From: the human T2T-CHM13v2.0 reference genome, Homo sapiens
Strand: one strand, 5' to 3'
DNA length: 64,000 nucleotides
Assembly: GCF_009914755.1 (NCBI RefSeq)
Contig: NC_060931.1
This document shows, piece by piece, positions 14,527 through 29,246 of the stretch (position 1 is the first letter of the stretch; the number at the start of each line of letters is the position of its first letter). The position numbers were made by a program, and so were the translations under genes. The notes below the pieces were generated by a model. It was not told where the DNA came from. It searched no databases and saw only the letters and a program-made list of their open reading frames with translations.

Positions 14527-14576
14527 ATGTGTGTGTGTGCGCGCGCGTGTGTGTGTGTGTATGTGAGTGTGTGTGT
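14527..14576. repeat. (TG)n(CG)n(TG)n alternating tract
   Basis: Direct read. Confidence 0.9.
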
Positions 14577-14909
14577 CATATGAGGGACCAAGTGTGGGTC
14601 AGGAGGAGTCCTGCTTATCATCCCTCTCTTTGCAGATCTCACCCCACAGGCCTTGGAAACCTGAGGCAGTATTCTTCTGGGATGTTTCCAACTAGGCTTC
14701 CCATGAGGATGTTAGAGCCAGCCTGGCTGGTGAATTTTACTTCTCTCACCTCTCAGAGGTAAGAGGTCTGAGAGGCTCAGGCCCTTCCAGCTTTTGAGGA
14801 TTCCAGCATAGTAGAAACATAAAAAGGTCCAAAGGGAATTACAAAAATAATCTATTTTCAGTTCTTATACTTAACAAGTCAATTCTTATTAAAAAAATAA
14901 ATCAATCAA

Positions 14910-16410
14910 ACTTTTGTTTGATATAATTATAGATTCCAAGGAAGTTGTAAAGATAGTACAGGAGGTCCCTGTGCATCTTTCACCCAGTTTCCTCCAGTTT
15001 TATGCCACTAGAGTACAATATCCAAACCAGGACATTGACATTGGAGCCATATGCATGTATATTTCCATGTCATTTTATCTCATGTGTATGCTCATGTACC
15101 CATCACTTCAATCAGGTTAGAGACTAGACCATCCCTCATGCTGCCCTCTGAACTACCAACCCTAACCCGTGGAGGTCATTAATCTGTTCTTTATCACTAC
15201 AATTTGGTCATTTTGAGAATGAATAAAATCACACAGTAATGCAAGCCTTTTGAGACTAGCATTTTTTCACTCAGCATAACATACTTAAGATCCATCAATA
15301 ATTCTTCCATTTTATTGCCGAGTGGTATTCTACAGTATAGATATACTAAAGTTTAACTCTTCATCTAAGGTAGGACATTTTGGTTGTTTCCAGTTTTGGC
15401 TATTACAAATAAAGCTTCTATGAGTATTCACCTACAGGTTTTTGTGTGAAAATAAGTTTTCATTTCTCTGCGATAAAGACCCCGGGATACAAATTCTGGG
15501 TCATATGGTGTTTGTTTAGCATTCTAAGACTTGGCTATACTGACTTCGAATGTGTACTAATTTACCCCTTACCAGGTATTTATGAGTCATGATTTTTTAT
15601 TTTAGCCATTCTGATATTTCATTGTGGTTTAAATTTGCATTTGTTTAATGGTTAATTATGTTGCATATCTCTTAATGTGTTTATTTGCTCTCTGTGTGTC
15701 CTCTTTGGTGAGAAGTCTCTTCATGTATTTTGCTTATTTTCTAATTGGACTGTTTGGGTTTATTTACTGTTGAGTTTGACAATCTTTATATATTCTACAT
15801 ATGAGTCTTTTGTCAGATATGTGATTTGCAAGCATTTTCTGCCAGCCTATAGCTTGTTTTTTTCATGTCTTAACACATCCGAAGTCATAAAACAAACATT
15901 TTTTAATTTGATGATGTCCAATTTATTTAATTTTTTTTCTTTCATGGATTGCGCTTTCAGTATCTTACCCAAAAACTCTTCACAAAGCCCTAGGTCCTGA
16001 ATGTTTTCTTCTAAAAGTTTTACTTATAAGTCTATGATCCATTTTAAGTAATTTTCATACATAGTGTAAGGTTTAGGACAAGGTTTATTTTTTGACCTAT
16101 GAATACATAACTACTCTTCTACCATTTGTTGAAAAGACTATCCTTATTTTTTGCTGAATTGCTTTCACATTTTTGTCAAACATCAGTTATACATAGAGGT
16201 GTGGGTCTATTTCTGCATTCTCTATTCTGTTCCATTGATCTATGTGTCTATCCCTCTGCCAATACCAACAATGTTGATGGCTGTAGCTTTATAATAAGTC
16301 TTAAAATTGGGTACAGTGATTCTTCCCACTATGTTTTTTTTTGAAAACTATTATAGCTACTCTAGTTCCTTTTCAGTCCTATAAATTTTAGAATAATCTT
16401 GTCATAAATT
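14910..16410 (-). mobile_element. Old L1 (L1MB/MC-like) 3' region
   Basis: T-rich reverse L1 motifs such as ttggttgtttccagttttggctattacaaataaagct and caccatttgttgaaaagact. Confidence 0.8.
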
Positions 16411-16562
16411 TTAAAAAATGTACTTTAAATGCTTAAATTAAAAAAAATGCTTAAAAATATTCCAAAACTTCAATGCAAAGCAGTTCATGTTTTAGGAGAA
16501 AAATATAGATGACTGTGCTAAAAAATTAATTCATACAAAAGCATAATAGCAGTGTGTAGATA

Positions 16563-16914
16563 CAGGTTAAGCATCCCTAACCCAAAAATATAAAATCAGA
16601 AATGCTCTAAAATCCAAAACTTTCAGACATGATACCACCATTGGATAATTCCACACCTGACTTTATGTGACGGGTTGCAGTCAAAAGCAGTCAAAACTCT
16701 GTTTTATGCACAAACCTATTAAACGGTTTGTATAAAATTACCTTTAGGTTATGTGTATAAGGTGTATATGAAACATAAATTTTGTCTTTAGACTTGGGTC
16801 TCATTCTCAAGATATCTCATTATGTATATGCAAGTAACTTAAAATGAAAAAAAAAAATCTGAAATCCAAAACATTTCTGGTCCCAAGCATTTCGGTTGTG
16901 GGATACTCAACCTG
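16563..16914. mobile_element. MER2 (TcMar-Tigger) MITE
   Basis: TIRs caggttaagcatccc / gggatactcaacctg, flanked by TA on both sides. Confidence 0.85.
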
Positions 16915-17748
16915 TATCTAATAAATGGGCACAAGTTTAAAGTTATATGATGGACTATATGCATAGATCTCATTTAAATAATAAGTAAAAATCAATTTTG
17001 AAGGTCTTTGTGTGTAAGCAGCCTGGGGCCAAATGGTCCCTTTGTCCCTCCCATTCCCTGGAATAGATCCTGTTTCTCATTTCTTTTAGTAATAAGAACA
17101 AAGATCAGCAACCTAACCATATCTCTTCTAAATGGTGGTACTTTCTTTTCTTACACTTGGAAAATGGGCCAATTGTTTCCCCCTGAAATTTCATAAAGAT
17201 AAAAATATATAAATACCTATGCATATAATGCCATTTGTAGAAAAAGAAAAGGCAAGAAAATCTTCCCTTTTCTTTGGTACAGATAGGCCTGGAAGGGAAA
17301 ATTAGCCTCCATGAATCCCTCTGATTTCTTTTATTTTTAAAAAACACACAAAGTATACAAATGAAGATAGATTTCTTTATGCAAAGACTCAACCATTGTT
17401 TATGCACACCATTAGGAGTCTAACTTGTTTCTTAGCTCACCTAATTTTACAAAAATATACAAATTTAAAATGTAAAAAAGTTTTATATGAAAATTTTGGA
17501 GGTAATCATTATAAAAACAAGTGTAAAGACAACAGTCTTTCATCAGTTTCAATCATCACAACATAATTTTTAGTAACAGAGAATAGTATGCTGGGATCCG
17601 TCATTAGATAAGTAGGCATAGAAGAACCTATCTACAAAGATTGGTTTGGAAGGGTTCAGAAAGAGAGAGGACATGGTGGTGGTACAGACAGACAGATGTT
17701 TTCCTAGCACCCTTTCCTGTCTTTAATCATTGAAGCAACTTCTTAGTT

Positions 17749-17830
17749 GCTTATGAAAATACAAATAACTCTGCAAAGGTCTACACTAAGGCTTATGAAA
17801 ATGCAAATACCTCTGCAAAGGGTTACACTA
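17749..17830. repeat. 42-bp imperfect tandem duplication
   Basis: gcttatgaaaat(a/g)caaata(a/c)ctctgcaaagg..tacacta at 17749 and 17791. Confidence 0.9.
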
Positions 17831-17835
17831 GAAAC

Positions 17836-18225
17836 CAGTGGTTCTCAACCCTGGTGCACATGAGAATCAGGTAGAGAGCCTGAAGGCCCAGACTATTGGA
17901 GAGTCTGAATCAACTGGTCTAGGGTAGAGCCTGGGCACTTTTTTAAGCTCCCCCAGGTGATTCAAATGTACAGCCAAGCTTGAGAACCATTGCCTTAAAG
18001 CTTTTATCAGCTTTTATGTTAGCTTTCACTTAATGGCCTGCTACTGCGGTTCTTCTTCCTGGTAACACATTAGAATCAGCTGAGGAGCCGTTAAAATGCT
18101 AGGGAACCACCTCCTGAGATTCTGAATCAATTGATTTGAGGTAGAGCCCAGGCATCTGTATTTTAAAAGCCAAACTAAAACAAACTTAAGCGATTCTGAA
18201 GAGCACCCGTTTTGGAGAACCACTG
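17836..18225. mobile_element. Two adjacent MER5-family elements (~17836-17992 and ~18043-18225)
   Basis: cagtggttctcaa...gagaaccattg / gagaaccactg ends. Confidence 0.7.
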
Positions 18226-19559
18226 GAGGTGGAAAAAGGTAAAGTTATCTTTTTCTTTTCCTTTTTATTTTGGAGAGGTGTGGTAGGGAGAGGAAAGATA
18301 AGAGGAAGAACAGGATGTTAAGGTTGTAAGGAGCTGCAGAAACTTCACCTTCCTTACAATTTTTTCCTCTAAGTCTTCTTTGGCTGAGAAGCTAGAATTC
18401 CTCTCTTTTTGAGAACCGGAGGCAAAATGAGTATGTTTTGAGTGTGCAGGCCTTGGAAAAGAGAGAGTTCAAGGTATGCCAGATTCAAGACTTGTCAAAC
18501 TGTAGGTAAGGTTTGTTCCATAACTCTCTCAAGGAAACCTTAAAGAGTTGTCTTCCAAGAGCCATGAAATTATAATTTGATCAGATCTACTTATACATCT
18601 ACTCGGTACCCCTAATAGCAACTATCACATAGTACAGCATAATGTGATAACGTGTTACTAATCAGTTGGGTGAAGCCATTAATAAAATCATTCTGCCTCT
18701 TTCTCTTTTTGAGAATTCAGCTTTGAATTCTGAAATAATCATTCATCCAAACATCTGAATTCCTCAGACATTATCCCCTCTGGACACATACAACCACTAG
18801 TGTAGCACACAAATCAGAGATCTGGCTTGGCACCTTCCAGAGAGTTGAAATGCAAATAACACCTTCAAACTGTTTAAGATGTGACAGGATTTTTTATTTT
18901 AATTTAACAGCTGTAAATAGGAGGGTTTTTTTAAAGTCCTTCCTTCTGTTTTATTATTCTTTCTGAATTTCAACCCAAAAGCCCTTGATGACTTGATAAC
19001 ATATTTGTAATGAGCCGAAATCCATCAATCAAATGTTTCCTTTCATCACAAGGCAAAAGGTCAGGAGGGGGTTCTGCAACTATATCAGTCTTCTTGTGAT
19101 TCACAGCATTTGTTTTAATATATCCCAGGGACAATTAGAAAGCAAAAAATATTAAAAAAAATAAAAACCTTCCATGAAAACACAAACGTATCCAATTTAT
19201 TCACTGAGCTATTTCTGTATTTAGTGAGATCAAGGCTCCCTAGGGATAACAAACATTCACATTCAACTACATATTCTTTTATTGGCAGGTAGGTATTACT
19301 GTAGCAAAATCAGTAGACCTTGGTTTAAAAAGATCACTGATTACAGTTTATTAAAAAAAAGAATGCCCATAATAAATGGCTTTTTCTAACATTTTTTGGA
19401 CAGTTCAATCTTTAAGCCATATATAAGTCATTTGAAAATATAAATGTATATTTTAAAATTTAGCTTTGTAGTTAGAAGTAGTGCTGTTTGCAAGGGCAAT
19501 TTCTTCCTGGTGATATTTATGTATAATTTTCAAATTCTTTCTTTTAATATACACATTAA

Positions 19560-20215
19560 CACCTTCCTTCATCAGATATTTATTGATCACCTATTGTGTA
19601 CCACATGCTATTCTATAGGTTGAGGGTAAAGAGGTGAAGAATACAGATCTCATATAGAGTTTGGAAATGTTATCTCCTTACAAAGTGCTAAGACTGATCT
19701 CTGAATTTGTGTGCTTCAAAAACAGTGTGTGTGTACATTATTATAAGAAAGTTGGACAACACACACATAAAAATAAGATAATTTCAGATGGTAGTAAGTG
19801 TTCACAAGAATTCAGAGCAGAGTGATGGAATAGAAAATGTTGGGAGGAGACAGAGAGGGAGACTAGTTTTGAGAACTGTTTAGCATAAATCTCTCCAAGG
19901 AGGTGCCAGTCAAGTGAGGGTTGCCAGATTTAGCAAATAAAAATACATAATGCCGATTAAACTCAAATGTCAGATAAACAATGAATACTTTTTTAGTGTA
20001 AGTATATCCCCTGCAATATTTGGGACACATTTGTACTAAAAACACAAATGTGTTTTAATATGAAATTCAAGTTTGAGTGGGCATCATGTATTTTATCTGG
20101 CAACCTTAAATCAAGCTGAGACCTGACAGGCAAGAAGGAGTTTGCAGGTGAGTTTTCCAGGCAGGGGGGAAAGTGAGTGCATATGTATGAACTAACTGTG
20201 GTAGCAAAGGGCAAC
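19560..20215 (+). mobile_element. L2 fragment interrupted by a MER53-like hAT MITE (~19917-20107)
   Basis: L2 end tttattgatcacctattgtgtacca; inverted termini agggttgccagat / atctggcaacctt. Confidence 0.7.
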
Positions 20216-20228
20216 CCTTACAAAAATA

Positions 20229-20597
20229 CAGCTGCTCCTCAATTTATGATGGGGTTACATCCCAATAAGCTCATAATAAGTTGAAAACATTGTGACAGAA
20301 ATGCAGTTTATACACCTAAACTGCCCACATTTTAGCTTGGCCAAGCCTACCTTAAATATGTTCAGAATACTTAATTAGCTTACAGTTGGGCAAAATCATC
20401 TAACATGAAGCCTATTTTATAAGAAAGTGTTGATTATCTCATGTAATTTATTGAATACTGTATTGAAAGTGAAAAACAGAATGTTTGCTTGGGTACTCAA
20501 AGTATGGTTTCTCCTGAGTGCATACTGCTATCGTGCCATTGTCAAGTAAAAAAATCTTAAGTTGAACCATTAACTTACATAAGTTGGGGACAATCTG
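20229..20597. mobile_element. MER47-like Tigger MITE
   Basis: cagctgctcctcaatttatgatggggttac ... aagttggggacaatctg termini. Confidence 0.7.
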
Positions 20598-20912
20598 CCC
20601 TCCATTTAAAATAGCCTAATTTGCAACTAGATTAGTAAAGAAGCTATTACTGACATTTAAAGATAATTTAATAGCTGGGTCATATGAAATGAAAGATTAT
20701 GAAATGCTTTTATATATTTGTAGCTCTTTTTAACTGAGTGAGAATTGGAGAATGTGGTCAGAGGAACAGGGTCCACTGGAAAGAAACTTCAAGCTTGTGT
20801 ATTAGTATCCCTTTTTAATTGAATGTCAACTAGAACTAAGATAAACTCTTCTGATATTAAAATATAATTTGATTAGAAATTTAAATTCTAATTACATCAA
20901 ACTGGTTCTTGT

Positions 20913-20914
<2 letters not shown>

Positions 20915-20958
<44 letters not shown>
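20915..20958. repeat. (CA)n microsatellite, ~22 units
   Basis: Direct read. Confidence 0.95.
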
Positions 20959-20960
<2 letters not shown>

Positions 20961-22661
20961 TTTACTCCAGGGGGAGAGGAACTTGAGTTAAAGAGAGCAA
21001 AAGCTTATCCAAACTAATTTTCAGAACCTACATCTAATTTCTTAGACATGTGCACTTCTCATAAGTTCATATTGCTGCCCATTCTCTTACTATCAGTTTA
21101 AGTAAAAATTAGAGCAATCCTGTAGCATGATAAATCATCAACTTGTGATTTCCAAAATAAGTTCTAGTAACTACTTAAGTTACTAATTGCTATAGATTAA
21201 TATAAATATATCATTTAAAGCTCTTTTTCTACATAAAGAAACTACTTCAGGTTGGTTGCTAAAAAACTGATTATTTCAATTGTTTTGTGAGAAAATGTTT
21301 TGTATCCCATAGCAACTGAATTTGCTGATTATTTTTTATGCTAGACAATAGAATGGCACACAAAAACACAGTAATCTTAACTTGCACAGTTTCATCAAGT
21401 CACAAGAGCATAATTAAAGGCAATCTTTACATTAATGTTCTATAGAGATGTATCCTACATGAATTGCTAACAACTAGCTATGAACTAACTATGTCATATG
21501 CGGCAACTAAAGTGATTGTTAGTAATATTTTACTAACACTCTATAAATTATGAGGAAAGTGAGGTAATAGAGATCTATGTTAACTATTTTAATTGTATTT
21601 TAGGATAAACTTATTTATCTTAAATTTAGGTTCTTTGTCGAAATTCTAGTTCAATTAAAAATCTCATTAATACATGTTGCCACATTTCGATCTCAGCAGT
21701 ATCTGTCAAGATAAATTAAGATTGTTTTATAATTCTCTGGCCAAGAATTTCATCAGGTAGGTTCATTATCTGCTGTCCAAGCTGGTTAGTTTATCTGATT
21801 AAAGCCCAGGACTCATGACAACAAGGTCAGGGATTCAGTCATGTCTCTGGGTTAATTTACCTTGACTTCCATTTACATTTTAAATCCTGAACAACTTCTT
21901 ACAAATCTGTGGGTCACCAAAGATTAGGCATCTGGTCATGACCAGGACCAGTGGATTGCCACTATCAGAAAAACAGCTCTATCTCATGGCTTTGGTGGCA
22001 TTTGGCTTGTACATACTACATAAGCATTTGCTTAATCTGATGATCTGCATCAACTCCCCTAATATTTAGTGTTCATTAGTGGGTTTTGCTTTTCTAGGTC
22101 TATTGTGGTCAGAGATATTTGGGAAGTAATTTGTAATTTCAATTTTGAATTAACTTTGTTCAAATAAAATTTCTTAAGAATGGGCATTTATCTTTAGATT
22201 AAGGCCAATAGGAATTATCTAAATATCAATAACTGCCAGTTAGTTTGGAGAAAGCAGTTTTGTTGTGGATCTTGACCCCACCCCCATTCCTTGCTGTTGG
22301 AGGAACTCCATTCTGCTTTAAGGTATCTCCCAACCATTTTTAGAAATCTCTGGGGGCAGTCCACAATGCTTATGAATATAGCCTACTTCATCTTCTTTTG
22401 GGTAACTTCTAATACGGCACTCAGAGGCAAGGACTCCCCATGGCCCCAGTGCCTCTGATGTTTGCTGAGACCCATCAGATGGAGCTGCTGGCTATAATCT
22501 GGCCTTGCAGCTGCTCCATTTCTGACCTCAGGGGAGAAAGTGCTCTTGAAATTCCTTCTTCTAACCTTTTGTAATATTCTGATATACAAGCTTGAGAGCA
22601 TTGCTAGTTGATAAATATTTTAAAATAAACAGCTCTTTCTTTTTAGTTTCAAGGTTTTTAT

Positions 22662-22994
22662 TTTATTTTAGTTTTTGAGACATACTCTTGCTCTGTCGCC
22701 GAAGCTGGAGTGCAGCGGTGTGATCTCAGCTCACTGCAACCTCTGCTTCTTGGGTTCAAGTGATTTTCATGCCTCAGCTTCCTGAGTAGCTGGGATCACA
22801 GGTGCGTGCCACCATGTCCAGCTCATTTTTTTTTGTATTTTTAGTAGAGACTGGGTTTCACCATGTTGGCCAGGCTGGTTTCAAACTCCTGGCCTCAAGT
22901 AATCAGCCCCTCCCTCCACATCCCCTATGCCACTTTGCCCACCTTTGGCCTCCCAAAGCGCTAGAATTACAGGTATGAGCCACTGTGCCTGGCC
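22662..22994 (-). mobile_element. Alu with a ~31-bp non-Alu internal insertion
   Basis: Reverse Alu with TSD-like tagttt(ca/tc)aggttttta flanks. Confidence 0.92.
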
Positions 22995-23740
22995 TAGTTT
23001 TCAGGTTTTTAATCTCAGCCTTTCAGTGGTGTGGCTGTGGCCAGCTTGCCAGCTGGGAGCTTGAAATCAGTCACAGTAGGAGTTTTTACCTTATGACAAT
23101 CACCAAGTGCTACAAATCAGGACTTTTTTTTTCCTTAGAGAGGCATTTACCAACATACCACTGGTTCTTCCCCTGCTTCTTTTACCCTTTTCCCCAAGAC
23201 TCTGGAATGTGACCACAAAAATGGGAAAATATTTGGGCTGATGGGATAATACCATTTTCCCAGTCCTGGCTGAATCTGAGCATAAATCTATTTTCTTATG
23301 GCCTCACCTTCTTACAAGGCTCCTAATTCTTTAGGAAAACAGAATCCTTGTGGTTTCCCTACCCCAACAAAGGTTCCAGACCCTCTCTACCTCACACATG
23401 GCATCAACACAATTTTAGCTATAAACCTGATAGCTTTAGACTCTTGGTTCCCTAAGGGAGATAGATACAGGGACCCATCTGTGTACCACCATCCCCAGCA
23501 CATATTTTAAAGTTATTCAGACACACCTCAGAACTAGGGTAAGTGCAGTTTAGGATCTCAACTATGAAAACCAGAGGCAACTGGCACACTTTCATTATTA
23601 ACTGCAATGAACCATTTACCAACCAGCTAATTGCTTTCTCCTCAATCTCCTCCCATTTCTTGTGCCACTTATGTCAGGGAATTGAATAGGATGAATAAAT
23701 CACTTTAGTACTTTGGTACTGGAGAAGAGCATATCATTCT

Positions 23741-24325
23741 TAGACAGGGTCTTGCTCTGTCACCCAGGCAGGAGTGCAGTGGCATGATCATGGCTCATGC
23801 AGCCTTGACCTCCCAGGCTCAAGAGATCTTCCCACTTCCGCCTCCCAAGTAGCTGAGACTACATGTATGCACTACTACACCTAGCTAACGTTTTAATTTT
23901 TATTTTTTGTAGAGATGGGGTCTTACCATCGCCCAGGCTAGTCTTGAACTCCTGGTCTCAAGTGATTCTCCTACCTCAGCCTCCTAAAGTGCTGGGATTA
24001 TAGGTGTGAACCACTGCACCTGGCCCCATATCACTTTTTTTTTTTCCAGACAGCTGGAGTGCGGTGGTGCCATCCTCTACCTCCTGGGTTCAAATTATTC
24101 TCCCACCTCAGCCTCCTGGGTTCAAACTATTCTCCCACCTCAGCCTCCCAGGTAGCAGGGACTACAGGTGTGCACCACCACGCCCAGCTAATTTTTGTAT
24201 TTTTGGTAGAGATGTGGTTTCACCATGTTGGCCAGGCTCATCTTGAACTCCTGAGCTCAGGCAATCCGCCCGCCTCAGCCTCCCACAGTGCTGGGATTAC
24301 AGGCGTGAGCCGCCGTGTTTGGCCC
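23741..24325 (-). mobile_element. Two tandem reverse Alus (AluJ-like 23741-24025; AluS-like 24034-24325 with internal duplication)
   Basis: The catatca(t/c)t flank recurs at ~23730, ~24027 and ~24326. Confidence 0.92.
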
Positions 24326-25120
24326 CATATCACTCTTTAAAACGAATTAGAATACAAAATATTACAAATAAATTTGTAACTACAATACAGTATAGCAACA
24401 TAATAGGGACACTAAATCAGGAAATACCAAGGTTCCTGCAGTTTCTTCTACTTTAAATAAAATGTTATAATAATTTCAACTATTCACTTTATATGTGCTA
24501 TACAGTTCAAAGCAACCTCATGCCTCTCCCTGAATGGTAGGAAGTTAAAATGTGGACTTTGCCACTGCACTTTGACCCTGTTAACTAATATTGTGCAGGC
24601 AGCATCCATACTCATTATGTACTATGTCCATAAGGTAAGTATCTTCCAAAAATAAAAATCAGTGTTATTAGCAATGCCTTGCTTTCAACAGAGATTTATT
24701 GAATAGCCACACTAAGAGGGATAAAGTGAGAAACGAGATGGACCCTGTCCTCAAGGAGCTTTGGTCTTGGGAAAGATGAAGCATATAATCAAATTGTTGC
24801 AATGCATAGTGTAATGGCCAGAGCAGACGAATGTGTAGAGAGGATGGGCGCCTACAGGCTAGGAGGGACTTGAATCTGCCAGGAAGCGGAACAAGTAAGT
24901 TTTCCAAAGTCTGTGCAAAAGTTTTGCAGCCACAATTTAACTTGAGCTCAAAACTGTTTTCACACCCTGTAAAAAGAGCAGGTATAGATGAAAGATGAAC
25001 AATCAGCGATGACCATTAATTATCCCTTCCTATTTCTACGCTCCACAGTGCTGGTGCCATCAGCTCTCTGAGCCCTGGCTCTGTTCTTAATGCATTTTTT
25101 TTTCCTTAATATTGGGTGCT

Positions 25121-25445
<325 letters not shown>

Positions 25446-25668
25446 CTAGCTTGTATTCTACTAATAATCTTCCAAGAGCTGTGCTATATAGTTTTATTTT
25501 CTTTTAGCCTTCTTTTTATTTAGAATTATAGTTCCTAACTTTTCAAAATTACTCTTTGCAAACATTTTCCTTCCTTTTAAGATGAAAAGGGAACTTTATC
25601 CTGATGTTAGGATTGATCATATAATCTGCATTAAAAAAAAAAAAAAAAAAAAAAAAACAATACTCCAA

Positions 25669-26047
<379 letters not shown>

Positions 26048-26471
26048 TTACAGAACATTGTGGAGAAGAATTTAGATTGGGATGTCAATGTCCTGCCTAG
26101 TTAATTAGAGTGTATATACTTCCTTTAGTAGAATAGTGTGTTCTTTTACAATGATATGTTTCTGAAAGAGGATCTTTAAACAGCACAAGGATTCATTGTT
26201 TTCTATTCCTTAATGATTTGGGAAGAACAAATTGTTAATCTATGTAGGCCAAGAATGTTTTCTTAGCATGCCTTGTTTTATGCATTAATTATTCTTTAGT
26301 TATTTATTTAGTTTGATTCCTTCCAGGACTGATTTCTTCTTAACAAAAGGACAAATACTAATTCAAATCACTTTGGAAATGACCTAAAAGTCATCAGAAA
26401 TATCTTGAGTGGAGTTAACACAGTATATAGAACTGTTCAGGAAGTTTTCCTAATTAGTAAACCAGTCTCTT

Positions 26472-26798
26472 TTCATGTCCTTTGTAGGGACATGGATGAA
26501 ATTGGAAATCATCATTCTCAGTAAACTATCGCAAGAACAAAAAACCAAACACCGCATATTCTCACTCATAGGTGGGAACTGAACAATGAGAACACATGGA
26601 CTCAGGAAGGGGAACATCACACTCTGGGGACTGTTGTGGGATGGGGGGAGTGGGGAGGGATAGCATTGGGAGATATACCTAATGCTAGATGACGAGTTAG
26701 TGGGTGCAGCGCACCAGCATGGCACATGTATACATATGTAACTAACCTGCACATTGTGCACATGTACCCTAAAACTTAAAGTATAATAATAAAAAAAA
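26472..26798 (+). mobile_element. Young 5'-truncated L1 3' end (L1PA2-like)
   Basis: Near-consensus L1 3' UTR with GAG (not ACA) at the diagnostic position, ttgggagata, and a short A tail. Confidence 0.9.
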
Positions 26799-27091
26799 TC
26801 TGTGAAGAACAGAGACAGGTAACTTCAGAGATCTTATCTCTGTAAACCTTACATTATTATTATCTGGCATAAACTTACAACAAAAAAACAAACAAACAAA
26901 CAAAATCCCACCCAGAAAACTTCACTATCCCCATCCTACTCTGCATTGTTATAGTAAGAATTATTGGTAGATGTAGCTGCAGGCACTAGCAAATTACCTT
27001 CTCAGAGGACAACCCAGAAAAAACTAGCTACAAAGTGCCCTAGCAAAGTGCCCAATCTTCAGGTTTTGAAGGACTACTGTGTTGCTGCTGT

Positions 27092-27118
<27 letters not shown>
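27092..27118. repeat. (TG)n microsatellite
   Basis: Direct read. Confidence 0.95.
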
Positions 27119-27123
<5 letters not shown>

Positions 27124-28348
27124 AGCAACTTATCAGATTTCCTAAGATTTTCCAAAAAAAAAATGATTTTTAAGTAGCATTTGATAAACACGTCTAAATT
27201 AATTATGAAGAGAACTAGGTGGTAAGGATCCTAAAACAGTGGAATGTGTTCCTGAGAGTGACAACAGAATCAGCTACCCAGCCTTTAAAAGGAGAATTTA
27301 TATCCTTTTAATAACAGTATTAATAATAGTAGGGTGATTCAGGGGAAGTCCTTCAAGAGACAAAGTAATGCAGAGTGACCACTCCAAGTTTCTTTGAATA
27401 TAAAATTCCATAACAAATGACCTTATTTTTCTTAAAATTGTTCACACATAGTGCAAGGCCTGGGGTTTTTAATTTATTAACAATCTTAAAAAGTCTGTTT
27501 AGTTCCTTCTAAACAACAGTTAGCGAGCTTTAGTAAGGCAGAAGTCTGGAAATTGTTCTTCAGCTAGGGGCCAGGCCTTGTACACCTGGTTTCTGAACAA
27601 TGTGAACTTCAACAATGTGAACAACGTGAACCTCAGTGGAACCGTAAACGTTACCAAATAGAAAAACTGCTATGACCCAATTTCTCTGTACACATGTACC
27701 ATTTACTTTACAGCCTTGGAGCCTGATAAATAGGAAGTGTCTCATCCTGTTTTCTGGGTTGGCAGTGTTTGCCATGCAGGTAGAATACATGCAGGTCAAA
27801 TCTCATATTGTGCTAAATCACAGCATTCTGAAAAACTTGGGACCTTGCAAAAGGCCATATCTCAGAAAAGTTACTGCTTCAAATAAATGTGCCATTTTAC
27901 AAAATTATACCTACTGTATCAGAAAAAAAAAATGTTCTCTCATGTGAGTGACATTTATATGACTGCCATTTGTAGGGAATAGGACATTCTCACATAGCAA
28001 GGCTGAAGAATGGTTTTGAAAGCTGAGAGTATTCTCTGAATGATAAATGTGGCAGAACTTTAAGATGCTCCTGTGGGAAGAGACTCTTCCCCCGACAACT
28101 GGAGAGTTTCCTTATAAAAATGGAACATGCATTATTATGAAAAAAGTAACCACTGAATTATAGTTGTAGCATTAAGGAGATTTTCTATGTATTTCAAACT
28201 TGCAGGCATCTTTAGTCACGGCTTTTCACCTTGTTAGATAGAGTTGAACTTTCTGGATCATCTGGCCCAGTAGCCAGCCTTTTATTTTACATCTGTGGAA
28301 ACTGAGGCTGAGATAATGAGGTTCTAGTTATTATAGAACTAGGAATAG

Positions 28349-28777
<429 letters not shown>

Positions 28778-29246
28778 TAACCTTTAAATTGCAAGAGGAA
28801 ATTTAAATCAAGATAAAAAAATGGAAGTGGTTGCAGGTATCAGGACAAATTTTTAGTGCCTGGTCAAGAAGCAGCCTCGGATCTGAGACCTTGGAGACTG
28901 ACTGCTAAAGCCACATTCTTCCAGCCTACTTTTTGATGGGCGCCCCAAGAGTGCGCCAATCCAGAAGTAAGATGCAGAGAAGAATCTAACCCCTTAATTT
29001 TCCCCCTTTGGGCTTGTCTGCACCCTGGGGTAGGGATGAGCCTTAAACTCCAGGAAGTTAGAAGCTTGCTGAATCGCGGAGCAGCCTCAGGTGACTTTCC
29101 TCTAAAGTGATGCCGGGGCGCGGCGGGGAGTTTGCAAGCACCTGTTCTTCAGTGCGATGGGCTGGGGAGTGGGGTCCTAGCAGCAGGGACTGGAGGTGAG
29201 CTGAAGCAGATAAGGGACGGGAGCCTTGTGGCGAAAAGTGACCCAC

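Noticed and set aside
27594-27635. Short repeated aacaatgtgaac motif cluster (SOX-like)
   Set aside because: Best explained by local slippage duplication; too little evidence for function.
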